A DNA stretch of 37,575 bases, from positions 71,179 through 108,753 of IMG/VR virus record IMGVR_UViG_3300022218_000001; one strand, 5' to 3'. The DNA is from a virus (Duplodnaviria; Heunggongvirae; Uroviricota; Caudoviricetes). The notes beneath the pieces were generated by a model, which was not told the DNA's origin, ran no database searches, and saw only the letters and a program-made list of their open reading frames with translations. Numbering within the stretch: the first letter of the stretch is position 1; each line of letters opens with the position of its first letter. Of this stretch, positions 9,327-17,047 are shown piece after piece. The position numbers and the translations under genes were made by a program.

Positions 9327-10225
9327 AAAGCGTAATTTTTGGTGTTGGATTTATCGGAACTGCGACTGGGCGGAAGCTCAAAGAGGAAGGGCATGAGGTC
9401 GTGGGGGCTGACAATTTTGCGGTCAGACCTGAGAAGGAACCAGGTTTTCCCACATGGAAGATTGACATTTGCGACCTAAACAGAATCGAGGACTTTCTTC
9501 GCTACCACAGGCCTGGTGTGATTTATTGGTTCCCCGCTCGCCAGGGCTACAGTTTAGATCATTCAGAGTTTGCACGAGTGCAGGTTCTTGGATCTTACAC
9601 GCTCTTTGAAGCTATCGATAAGATTAAGGACTACCTGCCGGGGATGATCGTCCTTGCTTCATCGCAGGCGATCTATAGGCCGATGGTCAATGTGACAGAG
9701 GAGGGCGTAAAAGACCCACCGTCAGTCTACGGGTTCTCAAAGCTTCAACAGGAACGAGCTTTCCGTTGGTTCTGCGACAAGCGCAACATCCCGATAGTGG
9801 CCATGCGGTATTCCATCGTCCTCGGCCCTGGCCAGGCGCTTCAGTCAACTGAAAGCGGGCTGATTCGTAATTGGTACCATAAATGGAAGGCCGGTGAAGC
9901 GCCTGAGATTTATGGGAACGGAAAGCAGGCCAGGGACTTTGTTCATGTCGATGATGTGGTGGTTGCGAACCTCAAAGCAGCGGCATTTTGCAGATCTTGC
10001 GAGTTCAATATTGGAGGCGCCACGAGGAAAATTAGCGAGATGGCGAAGGCCTTCCATGAGATGACTGGCTGTAGCGAGCCAGTTGTCACCGGGGAAGAGA
10101 AAAGGCCGGGTGGTGAGTATTCTATGACTTCCAGCTCTAAGAGGGCTGAGAGGCTTCTTGGCTGGGTGGCCGTCAAGAGCCCCGCATGTTGTATTCGGGA
10201 GTTTCTTGACAATACGGGGATTTAA
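9323..10225 (+). CDS. NAD-dependent nucleotide-sugar epimerase/dehydratase (extended SDR)
   Basis: Rossmann IFGVGFIG, ASSQAIY, catalytic YGFSK (YxxxK) and GKQARDFVHVDDVV. ATG at 9323 overlaps the upstream stop. Confidence 0.85.
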   Translation: MKSVIFGVGFIGTATGRKLKEEGHEVVGADNFAVRPEKEPGFPTWKIDICDLNRIEDFLRYHRPGVIYWFPARQGYSLDHSEFARVQVLGSYTLFEAIDKIKDYLPGMIVLASSQAIYRPMVNVTEEGVKDPPSVYGFSKLQQERAFRWFCDKRNIPIVAMRYSIVLGPGQALQSTESGLIRNWYHKWKAGEAPEIYGNGKQARDFVHVDDVVVANLKAAAFCRSCEFNIGGATRKISEMAKAFHEMTGCSEPVVTGEEKRPGGEYSMTSSSKRAERLLGWVAVKSPACCIREFLDNTGI

Positions 10226-10285
10226 GACGAAACTGGGGGCGACTGATACGTTGGCTCCCGGGTAATCTTCGATCGTTTCAGCTTT

Positions 10286-10350
10286 GGTCGCATCGACCCC
10301 CCGCCTGACTACCCGGGAAGGTGACGTGTCGTGTCGGTGCGACCTTTTTT
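10286..10350 (+). terminator. Putative intrinsic terminator/attenuator with a large loop
   Basis: 12-bp stem 10286-10297/10333-10344 (one G-U pair) followed directly by T6 at 10345-10350. The loop is 35 nt. Confidence 0.5.
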
Positions 10351-10373
10351 GTTTCTCAATAGGAGTGAAGACC

Positions 10374-10703
10374 ATGAAGCGAAGAGACATGATCAAGTCC
10401 GGGCTCTTGGGTCTTGTTGGCTGTCTTCTACCAAAGCGCCAGGTGACATCGATGGAGGTAACTGCATCGCCGGAAGCCTCAGCCACACGTTCAACAACCC
10501 CACCGCCAAGGGAGATAAATACCCAGGACTACACTGGCTGGCGAAGAACAGAGATTATCCGGGCTGACGGCACTCACTCAATTTCTTACGATGAGGTTCC
10601 GGAGCTGGAGCCAAGTATGAATGAAGTGTTTGGCGATCTTGACGAGATGATTGAGCGCAACCGTGCGCGCTGGACAAGTCGGATTGTAGGCCGTCAGTCA
10701 TGA
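10374..10703 (+). CDS. Small protein with twin-arginine-like signal and lipobox
   Basis: AGGAG RBS at 10361. MKRRDMIKSGLLGLVGC gives an RR motif, a hydrophobic stretch and LVGC. Confidence 0.6.
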   Translation: MKRRDMIKSGLLGLVGCLLPKRQVTSMEVTASPEASATRSTTPPPREINTQDYTGWRRTEIIRADGTHSISYDEVPELEPSMNEVFGDLDEMIERNRARWTSRIVGRQS

Positions 10704-11434
10704 AGAAGTGGCAGCCGGCGATGAGGGACGGTCTCTGCGCAGCTTGTCCGAAGCATTCAACAATCGCGGGTGGTACGGTGGGTGGCGATTGTCCTTATTG
10801 TGGAGCTGCTCTCTACCTTTCAGATACGCTTGGAGCGCCAGTAAAAAACGACCCCTTTGATTTCTCTCGGCTTCCTACGTACCGAGACCCCATGTTCGAT
10901 CTTGCACCGAAGGCAAAGGTGTTCGTGGAGCTTGGCACCCAGAGGGGATTCACCGCCTATCGCGCAGCTCTCCATTTGCCTAACGCAACAATCCATTGCG
11001 TAGATCCATGGGCGAACTATGACGGCAAGCCGAACTATGTCGGCGACATGATTCTATGCTGGGAGATTTTCAAGGAACTCCACAAAGACAATCTCGCCAG
11101 TGGGAAGGTAGTCTCGCACAAGGGGTTCTCGTGGGATGTATCTGAAGAGTTCCACGAGCCAGTCGATCTTCTTTGGATCGATGGTGACCATACCTTTATT
11201 GGGGCTTTCCGAGATCTTTGTTTGTGGTTCCCAAAGGTCTCGGTTGGAGGAGTTGTCGTTGGCGATAATTATGAAATGCACGATGTGAGATTGGCCGTTG
11301 ACCGTTTCTGCCAGGTGCGTGGGATTATGCCAACAATTGGTAGGGCGCTCGGGAAATCTACGAAGAGAGAACAGTTCTGGTTCACGAAAAGGAGTGAGGA
11401 CGATGGTGAAGAAAAAACCCCTCTCGATTTATAA
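10700..11434 (+). CDS. Methyltransferase (Methyltransf_24-like) with N-terminal Zn ribbon
   Basis: CAAC-x14-CPYC, then VFVELGTQRG, HCVDPW, LLWIDGDHT and GGVVVGDNY. Confidence 0.8.
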   Translation: MKKWQPAMRDGLCAACPKHSTIAGGTVGGDCPYCGAALYLSDTLGAPVKNDPFDFSRLPTYRDPMFDLAPKAKVFVELGTQRGFTAYRAALHLPNATIHCVDPWANYDGKPNYVGDMILCWEIFKELHKDNLASGKVVSHKGFSWDVSEEFHEPVDLLWIDGDHTFIGAFRDLCLWFPKVSVGGVVVGDNYEMHDVRLAVDRFCQVRGIMPTIGRALGKSTKREQFWFTKRSEDDGEEKTPLDL

Positions 11435-13157
11435 GCCAAAGGTAGCGATCCTGACATCCCTGGTTGACTTTTCCCCTGCATACAGCCTCAGTGGGATAAT
11501 ACTTGACCAGGCTCGAGCACTGAAGCGGCACGGGTACGATTACGATCTCCTGTGTCTGAAAAGTTTCAATTCGAATGACAAGGATTTGATCGAGCGAGAG
11601 GGGCTCAGCATCAAATACATACTTCCGCAAACCCTCCTGGTTGATTATGGGGCAGAGCAAAAAGCGGATGAAGACCACGTAGATAAAAAGACTGGGAAAA
11701 AGATCGCTGGCTTTGAAACGCAGGTCGCCGTCCACTTCGAAGGAGACAAAGAAAAAGGCTGGGTGGGGTACAGAGAAGCCCTTGAGCCTTACGATACGAT
11801 CATCGACCATGACTTGATGTTCTTATCTTGGCACCTCCCTCAGAATGCTGCTATCCGAAGGTGTATCGATCTGTGGCCGGAGAAGAACTGGCTTCACTGG
11901 GTCCACTCTGGTCCATCCAATGCGCCTCGTAATTTATGCTATCCCTCAACACTCAGGTTCTCCGCTGCGCAGCACTCTACCTATGTTTACCTGAATTGCG
12001 CCCAGGCTCATGAGTATGCGCTGATGATCTCAGCTCAGAACACAGCCGTGCGAACAGTGTATAATCCAAAGGACGTCCGTGATGTTTGGAATTTCTCGGA
12101 ACTGGCGCAAGATCTTATCAGTCGTTACGGGCTCATGGATCATCAAATCCTCGAGGTGTACCCATTCTCAACTCCCCGATGGCATGACAAAGGAGTCCGC
12201 CATCTTATGCGGATCTTTGGTTTTTGGAAAAAGATGAAAATTAGGGCGAAGCTTGTGCTTGTCAATGCCCATTGCAACAGCCCTCGTGACCAGGCGGACA
12301 TTGACGGGATTGAAGCTTACGCCAAAGTCTGTGGGCTGGAGCTTGATCACGATGTCATTTTAACATCACGATTCGCAGATGAGACTGACCAGAAAACTCT
12401 CCGCTACACCGTCCCATTCAGGGCTGTCCGAGAGCTTGTGATGCTTTCAAACATATTTATTTTCCCATCGGTATCTGAGTGCTGCTCCTTGATTCAAGCC
12501 GAGGCGAGCATGAGCGGGAAGTTCATGGTTCTTAATCGTGACTTCAGCCCGATGCTTGAGTTCTGCACAGAGGGGGTGATGACTTACGAGTTCACCATCA
12601 ACGATCCAAATGCGAACCCTGAATACTACCAATGCTTGGCTCGCGAGATTTGGGCAAACTTCCAAGCGGAATCCTCCATCATGAACCGGACGAATGCAAT
12701 CACCCGTGTCTACAACCGAGACTGGATCTTCGAGAACCAATTTGAGCCGTTACTTTATATCGGGTTCGATAAAAGAAAAAAGCCAGCCGCCAAACCGGCA
12801 CCTCGAGAAGTTCTCAGGCCAGAGTTCGTCAATGACGAAATGGGGCACAAAACAGCGCCCCAGCCAGACCTATCAATTGAGACCCCTGACGGTACGACCA
12901 TTCCGCTAAAGCTTGTCATGGCGACAGAGACGACGCCACCTGAATCAATCATCGCCGAAGAATCTCCCCCTGGGGCGGACGGTGAAGAGCCAAACTACGA
13001 AGACCCATGGGACGGGATGGAATGCTCGATATTTGGGTCATGCACGTCTGAGCAGAAAGTCCAATGCTATGAGCAGGCTGGGCACTGTCTCGTCCTTGAT
13101 GAGATCGACCATCGCGAGCGTGTCGCAGAGGCCCGGGCGAACGCTGGGAAAAAATGA
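11403..13157 (+). CDS. Large GT-B/GT4-like glycosyltransferase with acidic, Cys-containing C-terminal extension
   Basis: ATG at 11403 follows GAGGA. Contains VYNPKD, KGVRHL, ELVMLSNIFIFPSVSECCSLIQAEASMSGK (GT4 ExxxxxxxE-type motif). Confidence 0.75.
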   Translation: MVKKKPLSIYKPKVAILTSLVDFSPAYSLSGIILDQARALKRHGYDYDLLCLKSFNSNDKDLIEREGLSIKYILPQTLLVDYGAEQKADEDHVDKKTGKKIAGFETQVAVHFEGDKEKGWVGYREALEPYDTIIDHDLMFLSWHLPQNAAIRRCIDLWPEKNWLHWVHSGPSNAPRNLCYPSTLRFSAAQHSTYVYLNCAQAHEYALMISAQNTAVRTVYNPKDVRDVWNFSELAQDLISRYGLMDHQILEVYPFSTPRWHDKGVRHLMRIFGFWKKMKIRAKLVLVNAHCNSPRDQADIDGIEAYAKVCGLELDHDVILTSRFADETDQKTLRYTVPFRAVRELVMLSNIFIFPSVSECCSLIQAEASMSGKFMVLNRDFSPMLEFCTEGVMTYEFTINDPNANPEYYQCLAREIWANFQAESSIMNRTNAITRVYNRDWIFENQFEPLLYIGFDKRKKPAAKPAPREVLRPEFVNDEMGHKTAPQPDLSIETPDGTTIPLKLVMATETTPPESIIAEESPPGADGEEPNYEDPWDGMECSIFGSCTSEQKVQCYEQAGHCLVLDEIDHRERVAEARANAGKK

Positions 13158-13225
13158 AAAAAAAGAAGGTTGCCGCTCGGGAAGCGGCCAACATCCGAAA
13201 ATTTGGCAAAGGAGCCATGCGCTGA
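13154..13225 (+). CDS. Possible 23-aa basic micro-ORF (MKKKKVAAREAANIRKFGKGAMR)
   Basis: ATGA-coupled to the upstream stop and fills the gap before the next RBS. It is below the ORF-track cutoff. Confidence 0.3.
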   Translation: MKKKKVAAREAANIRKFGKGAMR

Positions 13226-13248
13226 GTCAAAACATAGGAGATAGGACC

Positions 13249-13851
13249 ATGAAGAAGACTGTATTTTTTGATCTTGAGACTGGAGGACTAACGCCAGGCG
13301 TTCATCCGATCATTCAGTTTGCAGGCATCGCTGTAGACGAGAAGTTCAAGGTACAAGAAGAGCTTGAGATAAAGCTTCAATTCGACATTGGTGAATGCAC
13401 CGCTGAGGCCTTGGCTGTAAATTCATTCGACCCTGAAGTCTGGGAGAAAGAATCCTTTTCTCAGATCAGTGGCATGAAGGTGATTTCTGCATTTCTAAAG
13501 CGTCATGCCACCGTAAAGTTAATCAGCAAGCGTGGGAGTCCGTACTACGTTGCTCTTATGGCTGGTCACAATGCGTCGAACTTTGATGGTCCCATGCTCC
13601 AGGCGTGGTACAAGAAAGCCGACGAGTTCCTGCCTGGCTACTTCAGGGTGCTTTGCACGTCGCAGCTTGCTCAGTGGCATTTCTACAATCATCCGAATCC
13701 GCCGGAAAATATGAAGCTTGGGACGTTATGCAGGTACTTTGGCGTTCATCTTTCAGAGCAAGCGGCTCATGACGCTCTGGCGGATGTGCGAGCGAACGTC
13801 AAGCTTGCGCGCGTGCTTCTGGAGGGACGTACAATTTCGGAGCCTGTCTAA
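13249..13851 (+). CDS. DEDDh 3'-5' exonuclease (DnaQ-like)
   Basis: ExoI FFDLETGG, ExoII GHNASNFDGPML and ExoIII AHDALADV. AGGAG RBS precedes ATG 13249. Confidence 0.9.
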   Translation: MKKTVFFDLETGGLTPGVHPIIQFAGIAVDEKFKVQEELEIKLQFDIGECTAEALAVNSFDPEVWEKESFSQISGMKVISAFLKRHATVKLISKRGSPYYVALMAGHNASNFDGPMLQAWYKKADEFLPGYFRVLCTSQLAQWHFYNHPNPPENMKLGTLCRYFGVHLSEQAAHDALADVRANVKLARVLLEGRTISEPV

Positions 13852-14480
13852 TGAGTAGTGAATTCAATGCGGTTTACCACCACAGGCTGCGTTATTTCTT
13901 AACGCCGCAGTTTGATATATATCGAAACATTCGGAGATTCGTTGCGTCAAAAGAGCCGGACTGGGCGATCGACGAATTTCTCTCTGTGCTTGATTATGGG
14001 TGTGGGAATGGAGTCGGCAGTCTGCTGTTAAAACATGACGGCTGGGAGATCGTAGGCATCGACTCCGACGAAGAGGCCATCGCGTTTGCTGCCGATTCTT
14101 GGGGGCACTTGGTTGAATTCAAGCATGAAGACTGGACCGCCCGTTCACACTTAGAATCATCGGACGCAGCCCGCTACCAGAGGCGTTACGACGTGGTTGT
14201 CTGCCTTGAAGTTATTGAGCATGTTGCGGATCCGCTCTTACTTCTTCAGTCTCTTCAGAATGCTTGCAAGACAAAGGCTAATGTTTTTATTTCAACGCTA
14301 AACCATAACAGCCAATACCGAAAGAACAGAGGGCATGTTGGTAAGTTCCATGTTCAAGATTTCCGGTTCCTGGTCGAAAAAGTCTTCGGCGATGTTCGAA
14401 TCTTCAATTATGACTTCAGTGAAGAACTCAGCGACGATTCGACTTTAACCCCAATGCTTGCTATCTGCCAAGGAGGCTGA
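13851..14480 (+). CDS. Class I SAM-dependent methyltransferase
   Basis: VLDYGCGNG, IVGIDSD and YDVVVCLEVIEHV. Confidence 0.85.
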   Translation: MSSEFNAVYHHRLRYFLTPQFDIYRNIRRFVASKEPDWAIDEFLSVLDYGCGNGVGSLLLKHDGWEIVGIDSDEEAIAFAADSWGHLVEFKHEDWTARSHLESSDAARYQRRYDVVVCLEVIEHVADPLLLLQSLQNACKTKANVFISTLNHNSQYRKNRGHVGKFHVQDFRFLVEKVFGDVRIFNYDFSEELSDDSTLTPMLAICQGG

Positions 14481-14482
14481 GT

Positions 14483-15406
14483 GTGAGGACTGGGTTCATC
14501 AGGCTTACAGATGAGGATGTCTCCTTTGCCCGCAAGGTCGCAGGCCGCCGACACAACGAGGCAATTGATCAAGGGCGTGAAGACAAGCATGGACTCAAGG
14601 CCAGGGGCCGAGGTGAGATGCAGGAGCATGACTTAGGGGCACTTGGGGAATTGGCTGTTGCTCGCCTCTGGGGCGTTGAGTGGCCTGCACACATCAATAC
14701 ATTCAAGTCTATTCCGGACCTTGCAGAATGGGAAATAAGAACGCGGAGCCGTCTTTATTACGAGCTTCTCATTCGGCCAGACGATCCGGACGATCGGCCC
14801 TTCGTTCTTGTCCACCTTGTCTCGTACCCCCATGCCTTTAATGTAACTGGATGGATGACTGCTGGTGATGCAAAGCAAAAGGAGTGGAAGAAAGAACATG
14901 GAGGTAGGCCTCCTGCCTACTTCCCTCCAAACTCCGAGCTACGTGACTTCGATCCGTATGATGCAAGCCACGCCATTGGACAGGCGATCAGTGACGCCTA
15001 TATCTTGAGCTATGAAGAACGCAAAGACTTGGACGACGAAGAACGTGAGCGTGATGAGCATGAAAAGTTCGCAATATCGCTTAGGGTCCAGGAAGAAGAT
15101 GATGCTCGTCGCTGGAAAGAATTTATCGACAAGCATGGCCCACTTCTTGCCCGAACAAAAGTGGAGTATTTTTCTGAAGGACATCCCTACGCAGGTTTTT
15201 CCAAGACCACTCATACAACTCCTGACCCGCTTCGAGCACAGAAGTGTATTGAGGAGGCTGAGGAATTTTGCAGAAAGCGAGATGCTTGGATTGAGCAATT
15301 TGTCGGGCCTATTCATCCAAAGCGTCGAAAGTGGCGTTCACAGAGGCAGAAGGCTGCACTTATGGACCAAGAGGCGCAGCTCTCCGGAAAGCGCAAAAGT
15401 AGATGA
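14483..15406 (+). CDS. Phage protein, putative PD-(D/E)XK-like nuclease N-terminal domain plus charged C-terminal extension
   Basis: GALGELAV...PDLAEWEIRT pattern (helix-Glu, PD, ExR). GTG start. Confidence 0.45.
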   Translation: MRTGFIRLTDEDVSFARKVAGRRHNEAIDQGREDKHGLKARGRGEMQEHDLGALGELAVARLWGVEWPAHINTFKSIPDLAEWEIRTRSRLYYELLIRPDDPDDRPFVLVHLVSYPHAFNVTGWMTAGDAKQKEWKKEHGGRPPAYFPPNSELRDFDPYDASHAIGQAISDAYILSYEERKDLDDEERERDEHEKFAISLRVQEEDDARRWKEFIDKHGPLLARTKVEYFSEGHPYAGFSKTTHTTPDPLRAQKCIEEAEEFCRKRDAWIEQFVGPIHPKRRKWRSQRQKAALMDQEAQLSGKRKSR

Positions 15407-16149
15407 CACATGAGGTTCGAAACGTTTACGACCTTGAGGGCTTGGAAAAAGACCGGCGTCTCTGGATCGTAGCTCCTGGGCCAACTTCTTTAGCTTTAAA
15501 GAAATGGGCGCATCTCATGGTTGGGGAGACTGTCATTGCGCTGAATAGTGCGCTTGAAATTATTCCAAAGCCCACTTACTGGCTTTATGCAGACAAGCGG
15601 TTTTCTTGGCTTTATGGCCATGAGCTTCATGGCGATAAGGGCAGGATGAAGCCAGGGCTTTCAACTCCGCATCGAGTCATTGTCCCTCACCATCAGACAA
15701 AAAAGATGCAGCATTACTATGCTGGAGGGGAATTATATTCATTTCATTTTCAGATGGAAATTTCTCGCAGACTGCCGGTAAAGGACCGCGAGGGAAAACC
15801 GTTTTGGTATGCTCCAACCTACCGTTTTATTCCAGGCCATGCTTCTGTAGCCTCAACTGCCTGCAGCATAGCTTGCTTGATGCGTCCACGGGTCGCGGTG
15901 CTTGTCGGGGTCGATTTTGCCATGCCAGACGATGTTTACTACCATCCAGAGGTGAAAAAAAACTTAGGTCCAACAATGAAGACACGCGCTCTTGATAGTG
16001 GTTTATCTTGGTTTCGAGGGGCTTTGACTAAGCGCGGTGGAATCTGGCCTGGGCTAAGGCTTATTACCACATCTGTACATTTGGCAAGTAGGGCACCTGT
16101 TGTTCATCGGAATTGGGAAGAAATAGAGAATGGAGATGACATGCCATGA
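15403..16149 (+). CDS. Maf/DUF115 (MptE-like) protein, putative CMP-nonulosonate transferase #3
   Basis: LWIVAPGPTS, VIALNSAL, YWLYADKRF and AVLVGVDF. Confidence 0.65.
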   Translation: MTHEVRNVYDLEGLEKDRRLWIVAPGPTSLALKKWAHLMVGETVIALNSALEIIPKPTYWLYADKRFSWLYGHELHGDKGRMKPGLSTPHRVIVPHHQTKKMQHYYAGGELYSFHFQMEISRRLPVKDREGKPFWYAPTYRFIPGHASVASTACSIACLMRPRVAVLVGVDFAMPDDVYYHPEVKKNLGPTMKTRALDSGLSWFRGALTKRGGIWPGLRLITTSVHLASRAPVVHRNWEEIENGDDMP

Positions 16150-16334
16150 ATGTAGAACGAGCAATCGAGCAGCTTAGGGAGCTTCCGGATCTTTACGACT
16201 TGGAGATGGACTGCCCGGAGTCTCCAGATAAATGCGTGCCTGTGGACCTTGTCAATATCTCTCTGGCTGGCAACCTTAGAGTCTTGTTGACATTTGAGCC
16301 GTTCGAGCATGATCGAGATTGCCCTTTAGGATGA
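16146..16334 (+). CDS. Small acidic hypothetical protein
   Basis: 62 aa with ATGA overlaps at both ends. Confidence 0.5.
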   Translation: MNVERAIEQLRELPDLYDLEMDCPESPDKCVPVDLVNISLAGNLRVLLTFEPFEHDRDCPLG

Positions 16335-17047
16335 AAGCGAAGATACCAAACTGGGAAGGTTGGATGAAAAGCCACTCTTTCGATGATGGGCCAGTTGATC
16401 CTGACATCGTCGAGCTGCAAGAGCACATCCGTAGAAGGGTGCATTCGCGCAAGCGACAGTTTACCAGTTGGATTCGTCAAGGGGTCCTGGCTGATAGTCC
16501 CATTGCCACTTACGCATTTGGGCCGATCAACCTTCCATGCGAGCCGAAGCTTTTTACTTCGTCCAGGTGGAATGAGCGCAGAACGAATATCCCCCTTCCG
16601 CACGACAGGGAATCCTGGATGCTCGTTCACCGCTACTGGAAGGGCTCCAATAGCTATAGGGGCATCAAAACTCATATTGAGCAATATGGGATGCGTCGTC
16701 CAATTTTTGCTGACATGTTTGTCAATTACGATCCATCGAACAAAAAATTAATGCATCGTTGCTTTGCCTGGCAGGGCGAGAACTGGCCCTGGCCTGTCCT
16801 CATCCTTCGGACAGGTAACGAACGAATCATGATGGCAATGTTTGAGTGGGACTGGATCACAGTCCCGATCATCATACTTGCGAGGGACTGTGGCTTTGAT
16901 CCTGCGATGACTGCTGTATGGAAACTCATCCATGAGCGCAGCAAAATTGGCGGAGTATCGCGCGATATTTGCCGCCTCGCTGATGATAAAGGGGATTTGG
17001 ATATTGGGCTGAACTCTATTTTAGAAGGAATGAACCATGACGGATAG
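16331..17047 (+). CDS. Hypothetical protein with possible ParB/Srx-like domain
   Basis: IKTHIEQYGMRRPI...LILRTGNERIMMA...ITVPIII resembles the ParB N-terminal pattern (GxxxPI...GxxR...VP). Confidence 0.45.
   Translation: MKAKIPNWEGWMKSHSFDDGPVDPDIVELQEHIRRRVHSRKRQFTSWIRQGVLADSPIATYAFGPINLPCEPKLFTSSRWNERRTNIPLPHDRESWMLVHRYWKGSNSYRGIKTHIEQYGMRRPIFADMFVNYDPSNKKLMHRCFAWQGENWPWPVLILRTGNERIMMAMFEWDWITVPIIILARDCGFDPAMTAVWKLIHERSKIGGVSRDICRLADDKGDLDIGLNSILEGMNHDG

Noticed and set aside
10206-10234. Sigma70 promoter at TTGACA
   Set aside because: The best -10 at a 17-nt spacing is GAAACT, which is too weak to call.
10226-10285. Hammerhead ribozyme (GAAAC and CTGA present)
   Set aside because: The core CUGANGA is absent (CTGATAC), and no stem III/NUH geometry can be built.
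11298-11402. Upstream extension of the large GT (likewise 4552, 7085, 9293, 10284, 23889, 28777 starts)
   Set aside because: Downstream starts have better RBSs or stop-start coupling and avoid long overlaps.
12913-13248. 112-aa N-terminal extension of the exonuclease in the track ORF
   Set aside because: It overlaps the GT gene. A strong RBS and the ExoI motif place the start at 13249.
1464-14480. Methyltransferases as DNA restriction-modification enzymes
   Set aside because: No DPPY/NPPY/PCQ catalytic motifs are present, and sizes and motifs fit small-molecule/sugar class I MTases.
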